The notes: generated by a model not told the origin, from the sequence alone. Counted from the first letter of the stretch, positions 1-8,525 are shown. The stretch is 32,000 bases of DNA from SAR202 cluster bacterium (GCA_009392095.1 VFHF01000183.1:1-32000); one strand, 5' to 3'. Numbers and translations are program-made.

Positions 1-193
1 ATTGCCGTGCCTCTACGTCTTTTTTAGCAGCCATCCCAATGTCCGGCAGCTATCCCGGCTATAATTCAGACGAGTGCCTCGCCCTCCTGTCGCACCGGCA
101 AGCGCCGTAGGCAGCCGAAGAATCTCGTTTCCTGTGGGAGATGACAGTGCAGCCGGAAAGGGACACCGCAGCCGCCCAGTGACTATCCCCATT

Positions 194-222
194 TTGTGTT
201 TAAATATCCCGCCTGATAAGAT
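194..222 (+). promoter_or_regulatory. Possible sigma70-type promoter for surE (TTGTGT-N17-TAAGAT)
   Basis: TTGTGT at 194-199, a 17-nt spacer, then TAAGAT at 217-222, in the only AT-rich stretch upstream of surE. Matches to consensus are partial. Confidence 0.25.
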
Positions 223-284
223 ATTCACCGACCCTATATATTCACAAACAGCATTACAGGAATGGGAAAACCCCCGGGAGACAC

Positions 285-1094
285 ATGAAGATTCTGGTAA
301 TAAATGACGACGGAATCACCGCGCCGGGCATCTGGGCGGCAGTCCGGGCCCTTCGTCAGGTTGGCGAGGTCGTCGTGGCCGCGCCCGACCGGCAGCAGAG
401 CGGAGTGGGCGCCAGCCTGACCCTCCACGCACCGATCAAGGCGAGTGAATGGAGCGTTGAGTCGGAGTTTCAATCAGAGGGCGATGGCCTCTATCCGGTG
501 AGCGCCTTCTCGGTGGAAGGAACTCCTGGAGACGCTTGCATCTTGGCCTTGGAATCGCTGGTGAAGGATGTTGACCTGGTGGTGTCCGGAATCAACGCCG
601 GCTCGAACGTGGGTTGGGACGTCATGGTTTCAGGCACGGTGGGCGGTGCGGTCCAAAGTTTTATCCGGGGTATCAACACCATTGCCATCTCGGTGGCCGC
701 CGTGACCAATACCAAGTACGACATCGCCCAGAAAATCTTGAAGCCATTGGCCGCGAGGTTCGTGGATTATTCCGGCGATACCCTGTTCTTGAACGTGAAC
801 GTCCCCAAGATCGAAATGTCTCAAGTGGCTGGAACCCGGGTTACCCGCATGGGTGGCCGGTCATGGGGCGAGAACGTGCGGGCCGAAAATGTTGGCCCGG
901 AGAAGAGGTATTGGATATCTAGGAACAAGTCCATCAACGAAACACCCCCACCCGACAGCGACATCGCGGCGCTGAAAAACAACTGCATATCAATCATGCC
1001 GATGCACATCGGGCTGGGTAACGACTCGGCCATGCCTGACGTGGAAGCGCTCCTGGGTGACATACCTCGGCAGATGTTGGACCGGCACGACTAA
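285..1094 (+). CDS. surE: 5'/3'-nucleotidase SurE
   Basis: N-terminus MKILVINDDGITAPGI matches the SurE signature (NDDG...APGI). The length (269 aa) is typical. GGGAG lies 5 nt upstream of the ATG, and a strong terminator hairpin follows. Confidence 0.92.
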   Translation: MKILVINDDGITAPGIWAAVRALRQVGEVVVAAPDRQQSGVGASLTLHAPIKASEWSVESEFQSEGDGLYPVSAFSVEGTPGDACILALESLVKDVDLVVSGINAGSNVGWDVMVSGTVGGAVQSFIRGINTIAISVAAVTNTKYDIAQKILKPLAARFVDYSGDTLFLNVNVPKIEMSQVAGTRVTRMGGRSWGENVRAENVGPEKRYWISRNKSINETPPPDSDIAALKNNCISIMPMHIGLGNDSAMPDVEALLGDIPRQMLDRHD

Positions 1095-1105
1095 CTAAGC
1101 CGGCC

Positions 1106-1153
1106 AAAATCAGAAAGCCCCGCCGGAAGAACCCGGCGGGGCTTTCTGATTTT
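1106..1153. terminator. Bidirectional rho-independent terminator between convergent surE and the nitrile hydratase alpha gene
   Basis: Perfect 21-bp inverted repeat: aaaatcagaaagccccgccgg (1106-1126) and ccggcggggctttctgatttt (1133-1153), with loop aagaac. The A/T runs at the arm ends supply a U-tract on either strand. Confidence 0.8.
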
Positions 1154-1168
1154 TACAGGTTCTTCAAG

Positions 1169-1792
1169 TCAACTGGCGCTGACCGCCTCGGGGGACAGCG
1201 CCAGGCCGACGCCGATCATGCTTTCCTGAGTGATCAACTTGGCCAGTTCTTCTTCGGTCATGTTCTCGGTTCCGGCAGGCCGGTTGGGCAAGATCAAGTA
1301 ACGGTAATCAGCGCTACTGTCGATCACCCGTACCTGGATAGCTTCGTCAAGCACGGTGCCGAACTCTTGCAGGACGCCCCTGGGGTCAACCACCACCTTC
1401 GAGCGGTAGGACAACTCTTTGTACCAGGCGGGTGGGCGGCCGATGATGGCCCTAGGGAAGCAGGAACACAGGGTGCAAACCGCCATGTTGTGGACGTCGT
1501 CCGTGTTTTCTAAAACCGTGATCTTGGGCGATGTTTCGGGGAGGTCGTAGCCAAGTTCCAAGAAGGCCGCCTCGGCGTTGGCCAACAGGCGCTTCTTGTA
1601 ATCTGGGTCAACCCAGGCATGGGCCAGGATCTTGGCGCCGTCTTCAGGTGAACGGGAATCGATCTTGTCCGCCATGGTCAAGATATCGTCCAGCGTGCAG
1701 ACGCCCTTCTCAATCAACAGGGCTTGCATAGCTTGGGCCCGCTTGGAGTAATACTCAGAGTTTTCGCCGTGGGAGTGTCCGTGATCAGCCAT
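1169..1792 (-). CDS. nthA: Nitrile hydratase alpha subunit, cobalt-type metal site
   Basis: V-CTLCSC motif, with CTLCSC encoded at 1460-1477 (minus), followed by FPRAIIGRPPAWYKELSYRSKVV. Thr in CxLCSC is the Co-type signature, whereas Fe-type has Ser. The N-terminal region (ALLIEKG..., AHAWVDPDYKKRLL) is also typical. Confidence 0.9.
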   Translation of the reverse strand: MADHGHSHGENSEYYSKRAQAMQALLIEKGVCTLDDILTMADKIDSRSPEDGAKILAHAWVDPDYKKRLLANAEAAFLELGYDLPETSPKITVLENTDDVHNMAVCTLCSCFPRAIIGRPPAWYKELSYRSKVVVDPRGVLQEFGTVLDEAIQVRVIDSSADYRYLILPNRPAGTENMTEEELAKLITQESMIGVGLALSPEAVSAS

Positions 1793-1829
1793 CGATGCTC
1801 TCCTGCCTTAAAGGTGTTAGGCTGTATAA

Positions 1830-2120
1830 CTAGATTTTTTCTAGCCAATTTTCGTAGACGTCAATCAGCAACATGTCAGATGCGGGCCCTTTGTAGTCCT
1901 GCCACAAATCGGTCTGGGGGAATTCAACTTGGTAGAGAGGTTGGGCCGGCAGGCCGTTTCCGCCGTATGCCAGGGACTCGGGATTCGGGAATGCGCCCCA
2001 GAGGGTCGCGATCTTGCCCTGTTTCCCCTGGATGTATTCGGGGGTCCGGAAATGAGTCGGCGGGACTCCTACCCTGATTCGCACTAGCTCACCCAGTTGG
2101 TATTTCTCGTTGCTGGCCAT
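1830..2120 (-). CDS. Nitrile hydratase beta subunit, C-terminal (SH3-like) half as a separate ORF
   Basis: 96 aa. LGELVRIRV...THFRTPEYIQGKQGKI...LYQVEF...LW...IDVYENWLE matches the C-terminal domain of NHase beta (GD.VRV..HTR.P.Y.RGK.G.I...LY.V.F..LW...DLWE.YLE). It has its own ATG 4 nt after the stop of the preceding ORF, with AGGGAAG upstream. Confidence 0.85.
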   Translation of the reverse strand: MASNEKYQLGELVRIRVGVPPTHFRTPEYIQGKQGKIATLWGAFPNPESLAYGGNGLPAQPLYQVEFPQTDLWQDYKGPASDMLLIDVYENWLEKI

Positions 2121-2124
2121 TTTG

Positions 2125-2424
2125 CTAACTTCCCTGTTCCAGGGCGGCCATCTTGGCGTCTATCTCATCTGAGGTCATGATGCCCTGTTCGACCAGGAGC
2201 ACTTCCATGGCCGCGGTCCACTTCTCGTAGTAGGCCAGAGATTCGTAGGTGGCCAAGTCCAGGCTCTCGATGGCCCGGCGCAATTGGTCGGTGTTCTTGA
2301 GGCCTTTGTCGCCGAGTACACCGTTCAAGGCGTCAACCTGCCGCTCCCACTCCTCCATCTTGTGCTCGGAATGGTCGATGGGGTCGTCATTGGGCCAACC
2401 GCCGCGGTCATGTACCTTTGGCAT
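2125..2424 (-). CDS. Nitrile hydratase beta subunit, N-terminal half as a separate ORF
   Basis: 99 aa. MPKVHDRGGW...WERQVDAL...DQLRRAIESL...YYEKWTAAMEVLLVEQGIMTSDE matches the N-terminal domain of NHase beta (M.G.HDLGG...WE.R..AL...YYE.W...). Confidence 0.85.
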   Translation of the reverse strand: MPKVHDRGGWPNDDPIDHSEHKMEEWERQVDALNGVLGDKGLKNTDQLRRAIESLDLATYESLAYYEKWTAAMEVLLVEQGIMTSDEIDAKMAALEQGS

Positions 2425-2526
2425 GGCTTGCTCCTGGTTTTAGTCGGGTTAGCGAGTACGCGGACATGTTAGACGCGATGCAAAGAGTTGGCAAGGGATT
2501 CCCAGATAGCTGAACGCTGTTCGCTG

Positions 2527-3648
2527 TCAGCTTTTGGCCCGCTTCTCTATTACTTCCCGTCCAAAGTCTTGAATCAGGTCACGAGCCCCTTCGGCGTCGG
2601 TGACGGAGATTGCTACGTTATCGACGCCGGTGGCTTCCATCCGGTCCAACTTTTCGATTAGTTCCGGCCCGGTGCCCGTCAACGACCTTGCCATTAGTTC
2701 CGTAGTGGCGAATTGCTCTTCGCCTGGTTTTAGGAAGACCATATGGCCCCGATGGGCGTCTAGGTAGAGACGGTCGGACGGTGTCCCTTGGGTTGCTGCG
2801 TACTCCTCAAGGTAGGCTTCATACGCGTCGGCCACTTCGGTATCGGGTTGCATTCCCAGGTTCGCACCCGGGCCGTAACTGGCCTCCCATTGGGCGTGCA
2901 CCCCAGGCATAATGCTGGGACCGACACGCGCCATAACACGCTCCGAGGTTAGGGATTCGCCTTTCCGCAGCACGCAACCGTAGCTGAGCGCCACGGTGTA
3001 AGGCTTGGCGGTGCCGCGGCCTGCCTGCGCTGCCGCATGTTTGATCGAAGTGTAATTCTCGCCAAGGTCGCTTCGAGCCCGTAGCGTCGTCACCCAGCCG
3101 TCAGCTAGTTCGCCGACAACCCCAAGCGCTCTTGGACCGTTGGCGGCAACAAAGACGGGGATCGGGTCTTTGATGTTGATAAATTCCTCTTGGTCGGCAT
3201 GAACCAGCCGGATCCACCGCTCCTTATCGCCCTCGCGGAACAGCACATCTTCACCGGCTAGGAGACCCTTCACCTGCTGCGTGTATTCTCTGAGGCTTTT
3301 CACGGTCATCTGGGGCAAACCCATAGTGTTCCGGCCCGTGTAACCGGTGCCCATGGCCAAGATCACTCTGCCCGGCGCCAACTTGTTGATGGTCGCGATA
3401 GCCGATGCGGTCACCGGCGCGATGCGGTTGGTGGGAATCGCCACCAGAGTGCCCAACTTGATACGGCTGGTATTCTGCGCCGCCAAAGCCATGGTGGCGT
3501 AAACGTCGCTGTAGATAAGTTGGGAGTCGTAGAACCAAGCGTGAGTGAAACCTGCTTCTTCCGCCGCTTGCACCTCGCGCCAGGCGTCTATATACGAAGG
3601 GATGCCTATCCCGTAGTCCATGAATCTTCTCTCTGCGCCTAAGCCCAC
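2527..3648 (-). CDS. Luciferase-like monooxygenase (LLM) family flavin/F420-dependent oxidoreductase
   Basis: A TIM-barrel LLM pattern: AEEAGFTHAWFYDSQ..., RIKLGTLVAIPTNR.P...A...ATI..LAPGRVILAMGTGY. The start is ambiguous. The ORF opens at 3648, overlapping the upstream gene by 10 nt, but the ATG at 3621 (MDYGIGIP...) has GAGAGAAG upstream and is equally plausible. Confidence 0.8.
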   Translation of the reverse strand: MGLGAERRFMDYGIGIPSYIDAWREVQAAEEAGFTHAWFYDSQLIYSDVYATMALAAQNTSRIKLGTLVAIPTNRIAPVTASAIATINKLAPGRVILAMGTGYTGRNTMGLPQMTVKSLREYTQQVKGLLAGEDVLFREGDKERWIRLVHADQEEFINIKDPIPVFVAANGPRALGVVGELADGWVTTLRARSDLGENYTSIKHAAAQAGRGTAKPYTVALSYGCVLRKGESLTSERVMARVGPSIMPGVHAQWEASYGPGANLGMQPDTEVADAYEAYLEEYAATQGTPSDRLYLDAHRGHMVFLKPGEEQFATTELMARSLTGTGPELIEKLDRMEATGVDNVAISVTDAEGARDLIQDFGREVIEKRAKS

Positions 3649-4448
3649 ATCTTGGCCACGTCGATGGCCCGCATGAACTCCACATTGGGGAACGATTTGA
3701 TGTGCTCGATAAGCCGCTCCAACATCAGCAGTCGCCCTGGACGGCCGATGTACTGGGGGTGCATGGTTAGGGTGAAGGCCCGGCCGTAGCGGTATAGGCC
3801 TTCGAACTCGGCGGCCCAGGTGCCGTACACCTCATTGGGGTTCCGCATCGGTCCCAGCCGGTTGGCCACTGGGGCGTAGACGAAATTGGGCGCGTCGTCC
3901 AGCAGCCAATGGATGGGCAACTCAACGATGGTCTTGCCGTTGGCCTCGGAATCCACGATATACGGCGCATCGTCGCCCATCAGGCTGCTGTCATAGAGGA
4001 ACCCGTGGTCGGTCAACAGTTCCAGCGAGTGCTCGCTCAATTCCCAACTAGGCGAGCGGTAGCCAAGAGGCTTTTCGCCGGTAATGCCGCTCAGGATGCG
4101 AATGCCTGACTCGATGACATCTTTCTCCTGCTCGCGGGTTAGAGTTGACGGCGGCTCGTGCATATAGCCGTGGTGCGCGATTTCAAAACCTCGCTTGAAT
4201 ATCTCGCTGACCAGGTCTTCGTGGGTCTCGGCGACAAACCCCGGCACGTAGAAGCTGGCGGGTATGGAATGGGCGTCCAGCATGTCTAGTATTCGGGGCG
4301 TGGCCACCGAGGGGCCGTACTCGGCCATGGACATGAGGCTGGGATGGTTTTTATAGGACGGGTCGCGGTTTAACCAGGACGACACACCGTCGACGTCGAA
4401 TCCCAGCATCACCACGCATTGCGTTTCACCGGGCCATATTCCCGACAT
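3639..4448 (-). CDS. Polysaccharide deacetylase (CE4/NodB-homology) family hydrolase
   Basis: The CE4 motifs are recognisable: GFDVDG (equivalent to TFDDG), HHGYMHE (the H-x-x-x-H metal site) and RSPSWE. The 269-aa size is typical of PuuE-like or deacetylase-like single-domain enzymes. Confidence 0.8.
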   Translation of the reverse strand: MSGIWPGETQCVVMLGFDVDGVSSWLNRDPSYKNHPSLMSMAEYGPSVATPRILDMLDAHSIPASFYVPGFVAETHEDLVSEIFKRGFEIAHHGYMHEPPSTLTREQEKDVIESGIRILSGITGEKPLGYRSPSWELSEHSLELLTDHGFLYDSSLMGDDAPYIVDSEANGKTIVELPIHWLLDDAPNFVYAPVANRLGPMRNPNEVYGTWAAEFEGLYRYGRAFTLTMHPQYIGRPGRLLMLERLIEHIKSFPNVEFMRAIDVAKMWA

Positions 4449-4533
4449 GGTTTATCCCCTACAACTCGATTCTGCCTAGTTTTAGATTGGAGGCTATTCT
4501 AGCCTACAGAGGGATGGCGGGGAAAGGGCGAGT

Positions 4534-5457
4534 TCAGAGATTTGGTATGACCTCTTCAGCCAGGGCGTCTAGATGCTCCATGTCGTCGAATGCTGGGTTC
4601 AGCAGGACCATCTCCGCGCCTGCTCCGGTGACCTTGGCCAGTTTTTCTGTGACTTTGGCGGTGGAGCCCCAGACCGACACTTGGGAGGCCATGTCTGCGT
4701 TGCCGTAACGCTTGCCGAACCATTCCTTCAAGCGGCCCTCGGCGCGGTCCTCGTCGTTGTCCACGGCCACGTAGACCCTCTTGGATATGGTGAATGAACC
4801 GGGGTCCCGGTCCGCTTCCTCCAGGTACATCTTGGTCTGGTCCACGGCGGTGACGAAGCTGGCGGTATCGGACGACCCGGCACCCATCCAGCCGTCTCCG
4901 TGCCTGACCGCCCGCCGGAGGGCATTGATATGCCGAGCGCCCAGCCAGATGGGAGGGTGTGGCTTCTGAAGGGGTTTGGGTTCCATCTTGAGGCCGTCTA
5001 GTTGCCAGAACTCGCCCTGGAAATGGGCCTCGGGCTGAGTCCAGAGGGCTTTCATGACGTCGATGATCTCGGTGAAACGGCGTACCCGCTTCTCCGAGGA
5101 TAAGCCGTACGGCGGGATGTCATTGGGGTTGCCGCCCAGTCCCAGTCCGACGGTCAGCCGGCCCCTGCTCATGTGGTCTAGGCTGCCCAGGCTCTTGGCC
5201 AACTGGATGGGATTGCGGAGCGGGGCCACGATCACCGAAGTGCCAAGCCGCACCTTTTCCGTGATGGCGGCCAGATACGACAAGAGAGTCACCGGCTCCA
5301 GTATGGGAACCGCCCCGGTGATGGCTTCTTGTGTCCAAAGGCTCTCAAAGCCCAAGGACTCGGCGCGCTTTGACCACCGCTCGATCAACGGCATGTCGAT
5401 GGGCCCGTCGAAGAACACCTGGGGGATAGAGATACCCCAACTAACTTTTCCAGCCAT
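4534..5457 (-). CDS. LLM class F420/flavin-dependent oxidoreductase
   Basis: WGISIPQ..., AESLGFESLWTQE..., KVRLGTSVIVAPLRNP...AK.L.SLD..S.GRL.VGLGLGG are typical LLM-family motifs. 307 aa. Confidence 0.8.
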   Translation of the reverse strand: MAGKVSWGISIPQVFFDGPIDMPLIERWSKRAESLGFESLWTQEAITGAVPILEPVTLLSYLAAITEKVRLGTSVIVAPLRNPIQLAKSLGSLDHMSRGRLTVGLGLGGNPNDIPPYGLSSEKRVRRFTEIIDVMKALWTQPEAHFQGEFWQLDGLKMEPKPLQKPHPPIWLGARHINALRRAVRHGDGWMGAGSSDTASFVTAVDQTKMYLEEADRDPGSFTISKRVYVAVDNDEDRAEGRLKEWFGKRYGNADMASQVSVWGSTAKVTEKLAKVTGAGAEMVLLNPAFDDMEHLDALAEEVIPNL

Positions 5458-5498
5458 TTTGGCCTCCGTATTAAGCTGACAGCAACAGCCGTCAGGAA

Positions 5499-6782
5499 TC
5501 AGCTTTTTACTGCGAGGATAACGTCAAATCCGGTATACGGGCGTAGTACATCTGGAATCACCACCGAGCCGTCGGGCTGCTGGTAGTTCTCCAAGATTGC
5601 GATGATTACGCGGGGCAGGGCCAAGCCGGAGCCGTTCAACGTGTGGGGCAACCGAGGGCGGCCACCCTCTTCGGCCCGGTAACGGATGTTAGAGCGGCGG
5701 GCCTGGAAGTCGGTGCAATTGGAACAGGAACTGACCTCCAGCCACTCCTCGCAGCCGGCGGCCCAGACCTCGATGTCGTAGGTCTTGGACGAAGCGAAAC
5801 CCATGTCTCCAGTGCAAAGTTGTAACACACGGTAGGTGAACCCTAGCTTCCGGCAGACGTCCTCGGCATCATCCACCAGATGTTCCAGTTCTCGATTGGA
5901 TGTCTCCGGCTCCACGAACTGGTACATCTCCACCTTGTTAAACTGGTGCACCCGCTTGATTCCCCGGGTGTCCCGTCCGGCCGACGCCTTCTCGCGGCGG
6001 AAGCAGGGTGTCTGGGCCACGTATTTCAGTGGCAGGGTGTTGGCCGGGATGATTTCGTCCCGGTAGAGGTTGGTGATGGGGACTTCGGCGGTGGGTATCA
6101 GCCAGAGATCGTCTTCGTCGTCGTGGTAGAGGTTGTCGGCAAACTTAGGCAGGTTGCCCGAGCCCTCCATGATCTCACGCTTCACCACTGCCGGTAGGGA
6201 GACCTCGGTGTAGCCGTGGTCTTTGGAGTGTAAGTCCAGCATCCAGGCGATCAACGCCCTTTCTAGCTTGGGACCGGAGTCCATCATAGTGTAGAATCGG
6301 CTGCCGGCTAGCTTGGTGCCCCGCTCAAAATCGATGATGCCCAGTTCTTCGCCCAGGTCCCAGTGCGGCTTGGGGGAAAAGTCCAAGACCGGAGGCTCGC
6401 CGTTCTGCCTAACGATTACGCTGCCCGATTCGTCTTCGCCCACCGGGACGTCGGCCTGGGGGAGGTTAGGCAAAGTTAGCATCAACCCGCTGAGCTTTTC
6501 ACCCAATTCCTTGGTTTGCTCGTTCAGGGCGTTGGCCCGGTCGCCGATCTCCCGCATTTCCGCCCGCGCTTTTTCGGAGACTTCCTGGCCCTGGGAACGC
6601 GCCTGGCCAAGCTCCCTGCTAACTCGGTTCCGCTCGGCGTTAAGGTCGTCGCGCTCGGTGATGGCGGCGCGAATCTGGGAGTCCAGTTCGAGGACCTCGG
6701 TTATGGAGTCATCCTCGCCCCTGGTCTGCAGGGCAAGGCGGACCTCATCCGGGTTTTCTCGTATGTGTTCGATGGATAGCAT
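5499..6782 (-). CDS. serS: Serine--tRNA ligase
   Basis: An N-terminal coiled-coil arm (MLSIEHIRENPDEV...) precedes class II core motifs (GSRFY..., TAEVP..., FRRE.ASAGRDTRGIKRVHQFNKVE, LNGSGLALPR). 427 aa. Confidence 0.95.
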   Translation of the reverse strand: MLSIEHIRENPDEVRLALQTRGEDDSITEVLELDSQIRAAITERDDLNAERNRVSRELGQARSQGQEVSEKARAEMREIGDRANALNEQTKELGEKLSGLMLTLPNLPQADVPVGEDESGSVIVRQNGEPPVLDFSPKPHWDLGEELGIIDFERGTKLAGSRFYTMMDSGPKLERALIAWMLDLHSKDHGYTEVSLPAVVKREIMEGSGNLPKFADNLYHDDEDDLWLIPTAEVPITNLYRDEIIPANTLPLKYVAQTPCFRREKASAGRDTRGIKRVHQFNKVEMYQFVEPETSNRELEHLVDDAEDVCRKLGFTYRVLQLCTGDMGFASSKTYDIEVWAAGCEEWLEVSSCSNCTDFQARRSNIRYRAEEGGRPRLPHTLNGSGLALPRVIIAILENYQQPDGSVVIPDVLRPYTGFDVILAVKS

Positions 6783-6803
6783 TAGGTTTCTCTGACTCGC
6801 GGG

Positions 6804-8333
6804 TTATTCCGTGGCTTCGCCCTGGGCGTCTTGGGTGGCTTGGTCGCTTGGCATGGTCCGCATTTGGGGGAATAGCAACACGTCCCGGATGGACGGTTGC
6901 CCGGCCAGGAGCATGACTAGCCGGTCGATACCGATGCCCAGGCCGCCGGTGGGGGGCATGCCGTACTCCATAGCGGTCAGGAAGTCGTCGTCCTGGCGGT
7001 CGACTTCTTCATTTTCGTAGAGACGCTGGATCTGCGCTTGGGCCTCGAACCGCTCCCGCTGAATCTTGGGGTCGTTCAACTCGCTGTAGGAATTGGCGAT
7101 CTCCATCCCAAAGGCAAAGGCCTCAAACCTCTCCACGTATCCGGGTGAGTCGGGCTTGGCCTTAGCCAGCGGGGACATCTCCTCCGGGTAGTCCAGAACG
7201 AACGTCGGCTGGATGAGGCGGGGTTCCACGAAAGTCGATAGTAGTTTGTCGATCAAGCGCCCCCGGCTTTCCAGCACCTTGGTGTCGATACCCACTTCGC
7301 CGGCTTTCTGTCGCAGGGCGTCGTCATTGTAGGACTCCAGGTCTACCCCGCTACGTTTCTCCAATTCTTCCCGTAGGCTTACCCGCTGCCACGGCGGCGC
7401 GAAATCGATCACATCCTCGCCGATGGCCACCTTGGTGGAGCCGTTCACTTCGATAGCGATCGTGGAGACCATCTGCTCAACCATTTCCATGATGTCGTTG
7501 TAGTCGGCGTAGGCTTCGTAGCTCTCCAGCAGTGTGAATTCCGGGTTGTGGTCTTGGTCGATGCCCTCATTTCGGAAGACCCGGCCGATCTCGTAGACCT
7601 TGTCGAACCCGCCGATGATCAGCCGCTTCAGGTACAGCTCGGTGGCGATCCGCAGGTATAGCTGCTGGTCCAAGGCGTTGTGGTGAGTGACAAATGGCTT
7701 GGCGTGGGCCCCGGCAGCCACGGGTACCAGGACGGGGGTGTCCACTTCCAAAAAGCCCCGGTCGTCCAAGAACCGGCGTATCCCACGGATCACTTTGCTG
7801 CGCAGGACGAAGACGGGCATGACCTCGTCTTGGTTGGCAATCAGGTCCAGGTACCTCTGCCGGTAGCGGGTCTCCATATCCCTTAGGCCGTGGTATTTCT
7901 CCGGCAAGGGGCGCATGCCTTTGGCCGTGACAGTCAGTTCTAAGGCATCGATGGTCACCTGTCCGGTGCGGGTGCGGATCAGGTTGCCGCGGACGCCCAA
8001 GTGATCGCCGATGTCCAGGTTTTTGAGCAGGTCGAACCCGTCTTCCAGATTGTTCTGCCTGAGAAGGGCTTGGATGGAGCCTGATGCGTCCTGCAGATCC
8101 AGGAAGGCGGCCTTGCCCATGGTCCGCATGGACGTGATTCGTCCAGCTAGGGAGACGTTTTGCAACCGCTCATCGGGCGGGTCGGTCTCCTCTAATTCCT
8201 CGAACAAGGCGGTGGCCGTCGCGGAATCAAAAGTGCGGTGAAACCGGGCCGGGTATGGGTCTAAACCGTTTGCGCGGATGCGTGCGAGCTTGGTGACCCG
8301 GTTCTCCAAAAGTGTGTCTTCTCGGTCTGCCAT
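6804..8333 (-). CDS. lysS: Lysine--tRNA ligase (class II)
   Basis: An OB-fold N-domain (GRI.S.R..GKAAFLDLQD.SG.IQ) precedes the class II core (RYRQRYLDLI, FLEV.TP, YLRIATELYLKRLIIGGFDKVYEIGR.FRNEG, GGLGIGIDRLVMLL). Its stop lies 21 nt before the serS start. Confidence 0.95.
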   Translation of the reverse strand: MADREDTLLENRVTKLARIRANGLDPYPARFHRTFDSATATALFEELEETDPPDERLQNVSLAGRITSMRTMGKAAFLDLQDASGSIQALLRQNNLEDGFDLLKNLDIGDHLGVRGNLIRTRTGQVTIDALELTVTAKGMRPLPEKYHGLRDMETRYRQRYLDLIANQDEVMPVFVLRSKVIRGIRRFLDDRGFLEVDTPVLVPVAAGAHAKPFVTHHNALDQQLYLRIATELYLKRLIIGGFDKVYEIGRVFRNEGIDQDHNPEFTLLESYEAYADYNDIMEMVEQMVSTIAIEVNGSTKVAIGEDVIDFAPPWQRVSLREELEKRSGVDLESYNDDALRQKAGEVGIDTKVLESRGRLIDKLLSTFVEPRLIQPTFVLDYPEEMSPLAKAKPDSPGYVERFEAFAFGMEIANSYSELNDPKIQRERFEAQAQIQRLYENEEVDRQDDDFLTAMEYGMPPTGGLGIGIDRLVMLLAGQPSIRDVLLFPQMRTMPSDQATQDAQGEATE

Positions 8334-8525
8334 TTGGTCTTAAGAGTCCCCGGCTTGCAAGGTCAAGATAATGGGTCGAAATAATCGGGTGGGAAAGTCA
8401 GAAAAAACAGCGAAAAGCGTCGTCTATTCTGACTAGCGATTGTAATGCTGGACCCATGCCTTGTAAAGGAACCGCCAGCCTGAATAGGCGTGGATATACG
8501 CCGGAATTCGGGAGGTGATTCTCAC

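Noticed and set aside
1-284. Possible RNase P RNA 3' end, cobalamin riboswitch or SRP RNA
   Set aside because: CCCGGCTATAATTCAG (54-69) loosely recalls the RNase P CR-V segment ACAGAACCCGGCTTA, but the invariant ACAGAA is absent. GCCGCCCAGTGAC (171-183) loosely recalls the B12-box-adjacent CCCGCCACTG, but the GGTG..AA.TCC and GCCAGGAGACCTGCC elements are missing. CCGGAAAGGGAC does not form the SRP GGAA tetraloop helix. None is supportable without a covariance-model scan.
13-307. ORFs 13-228 (minus, 71 aa) and 74-307 (plus, 77 aa) in the leftmost region
   Set aside because: They have no recognisable motifs and an odd Arg/Gly/Pro-rich composition. They overlap each other, and the second runs into surE. 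They are more likely chance ORFs in GC-rich non-coding DNA. The plus frame also closes with TAG at 25-27, but eight codons cannot support calling a gene end.
2118-2127. The split NHase beta subunit as a pseudogene or sequencing error
   Set aside because: The junction is stop (TAG), 4 nt, then ATG in a different frame, with an AGGGAAG SD-like element. Both halves are full-length domains without further disruptions. The same architecture exists in known three-subunit family members. Error or recent mutation cannot be fully excluded from a single sequence.
8334-8370. Leaderless lysS promoter (TTGACC, complement of 8361-8366, N17, TTAAGA, 4 nt, ATG)
   Set aside because: The -35 is good, but the putative -10 (TTAAGA) matches TATAAT at only 2 of 6 positions. 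It is too weak to report as a feature.
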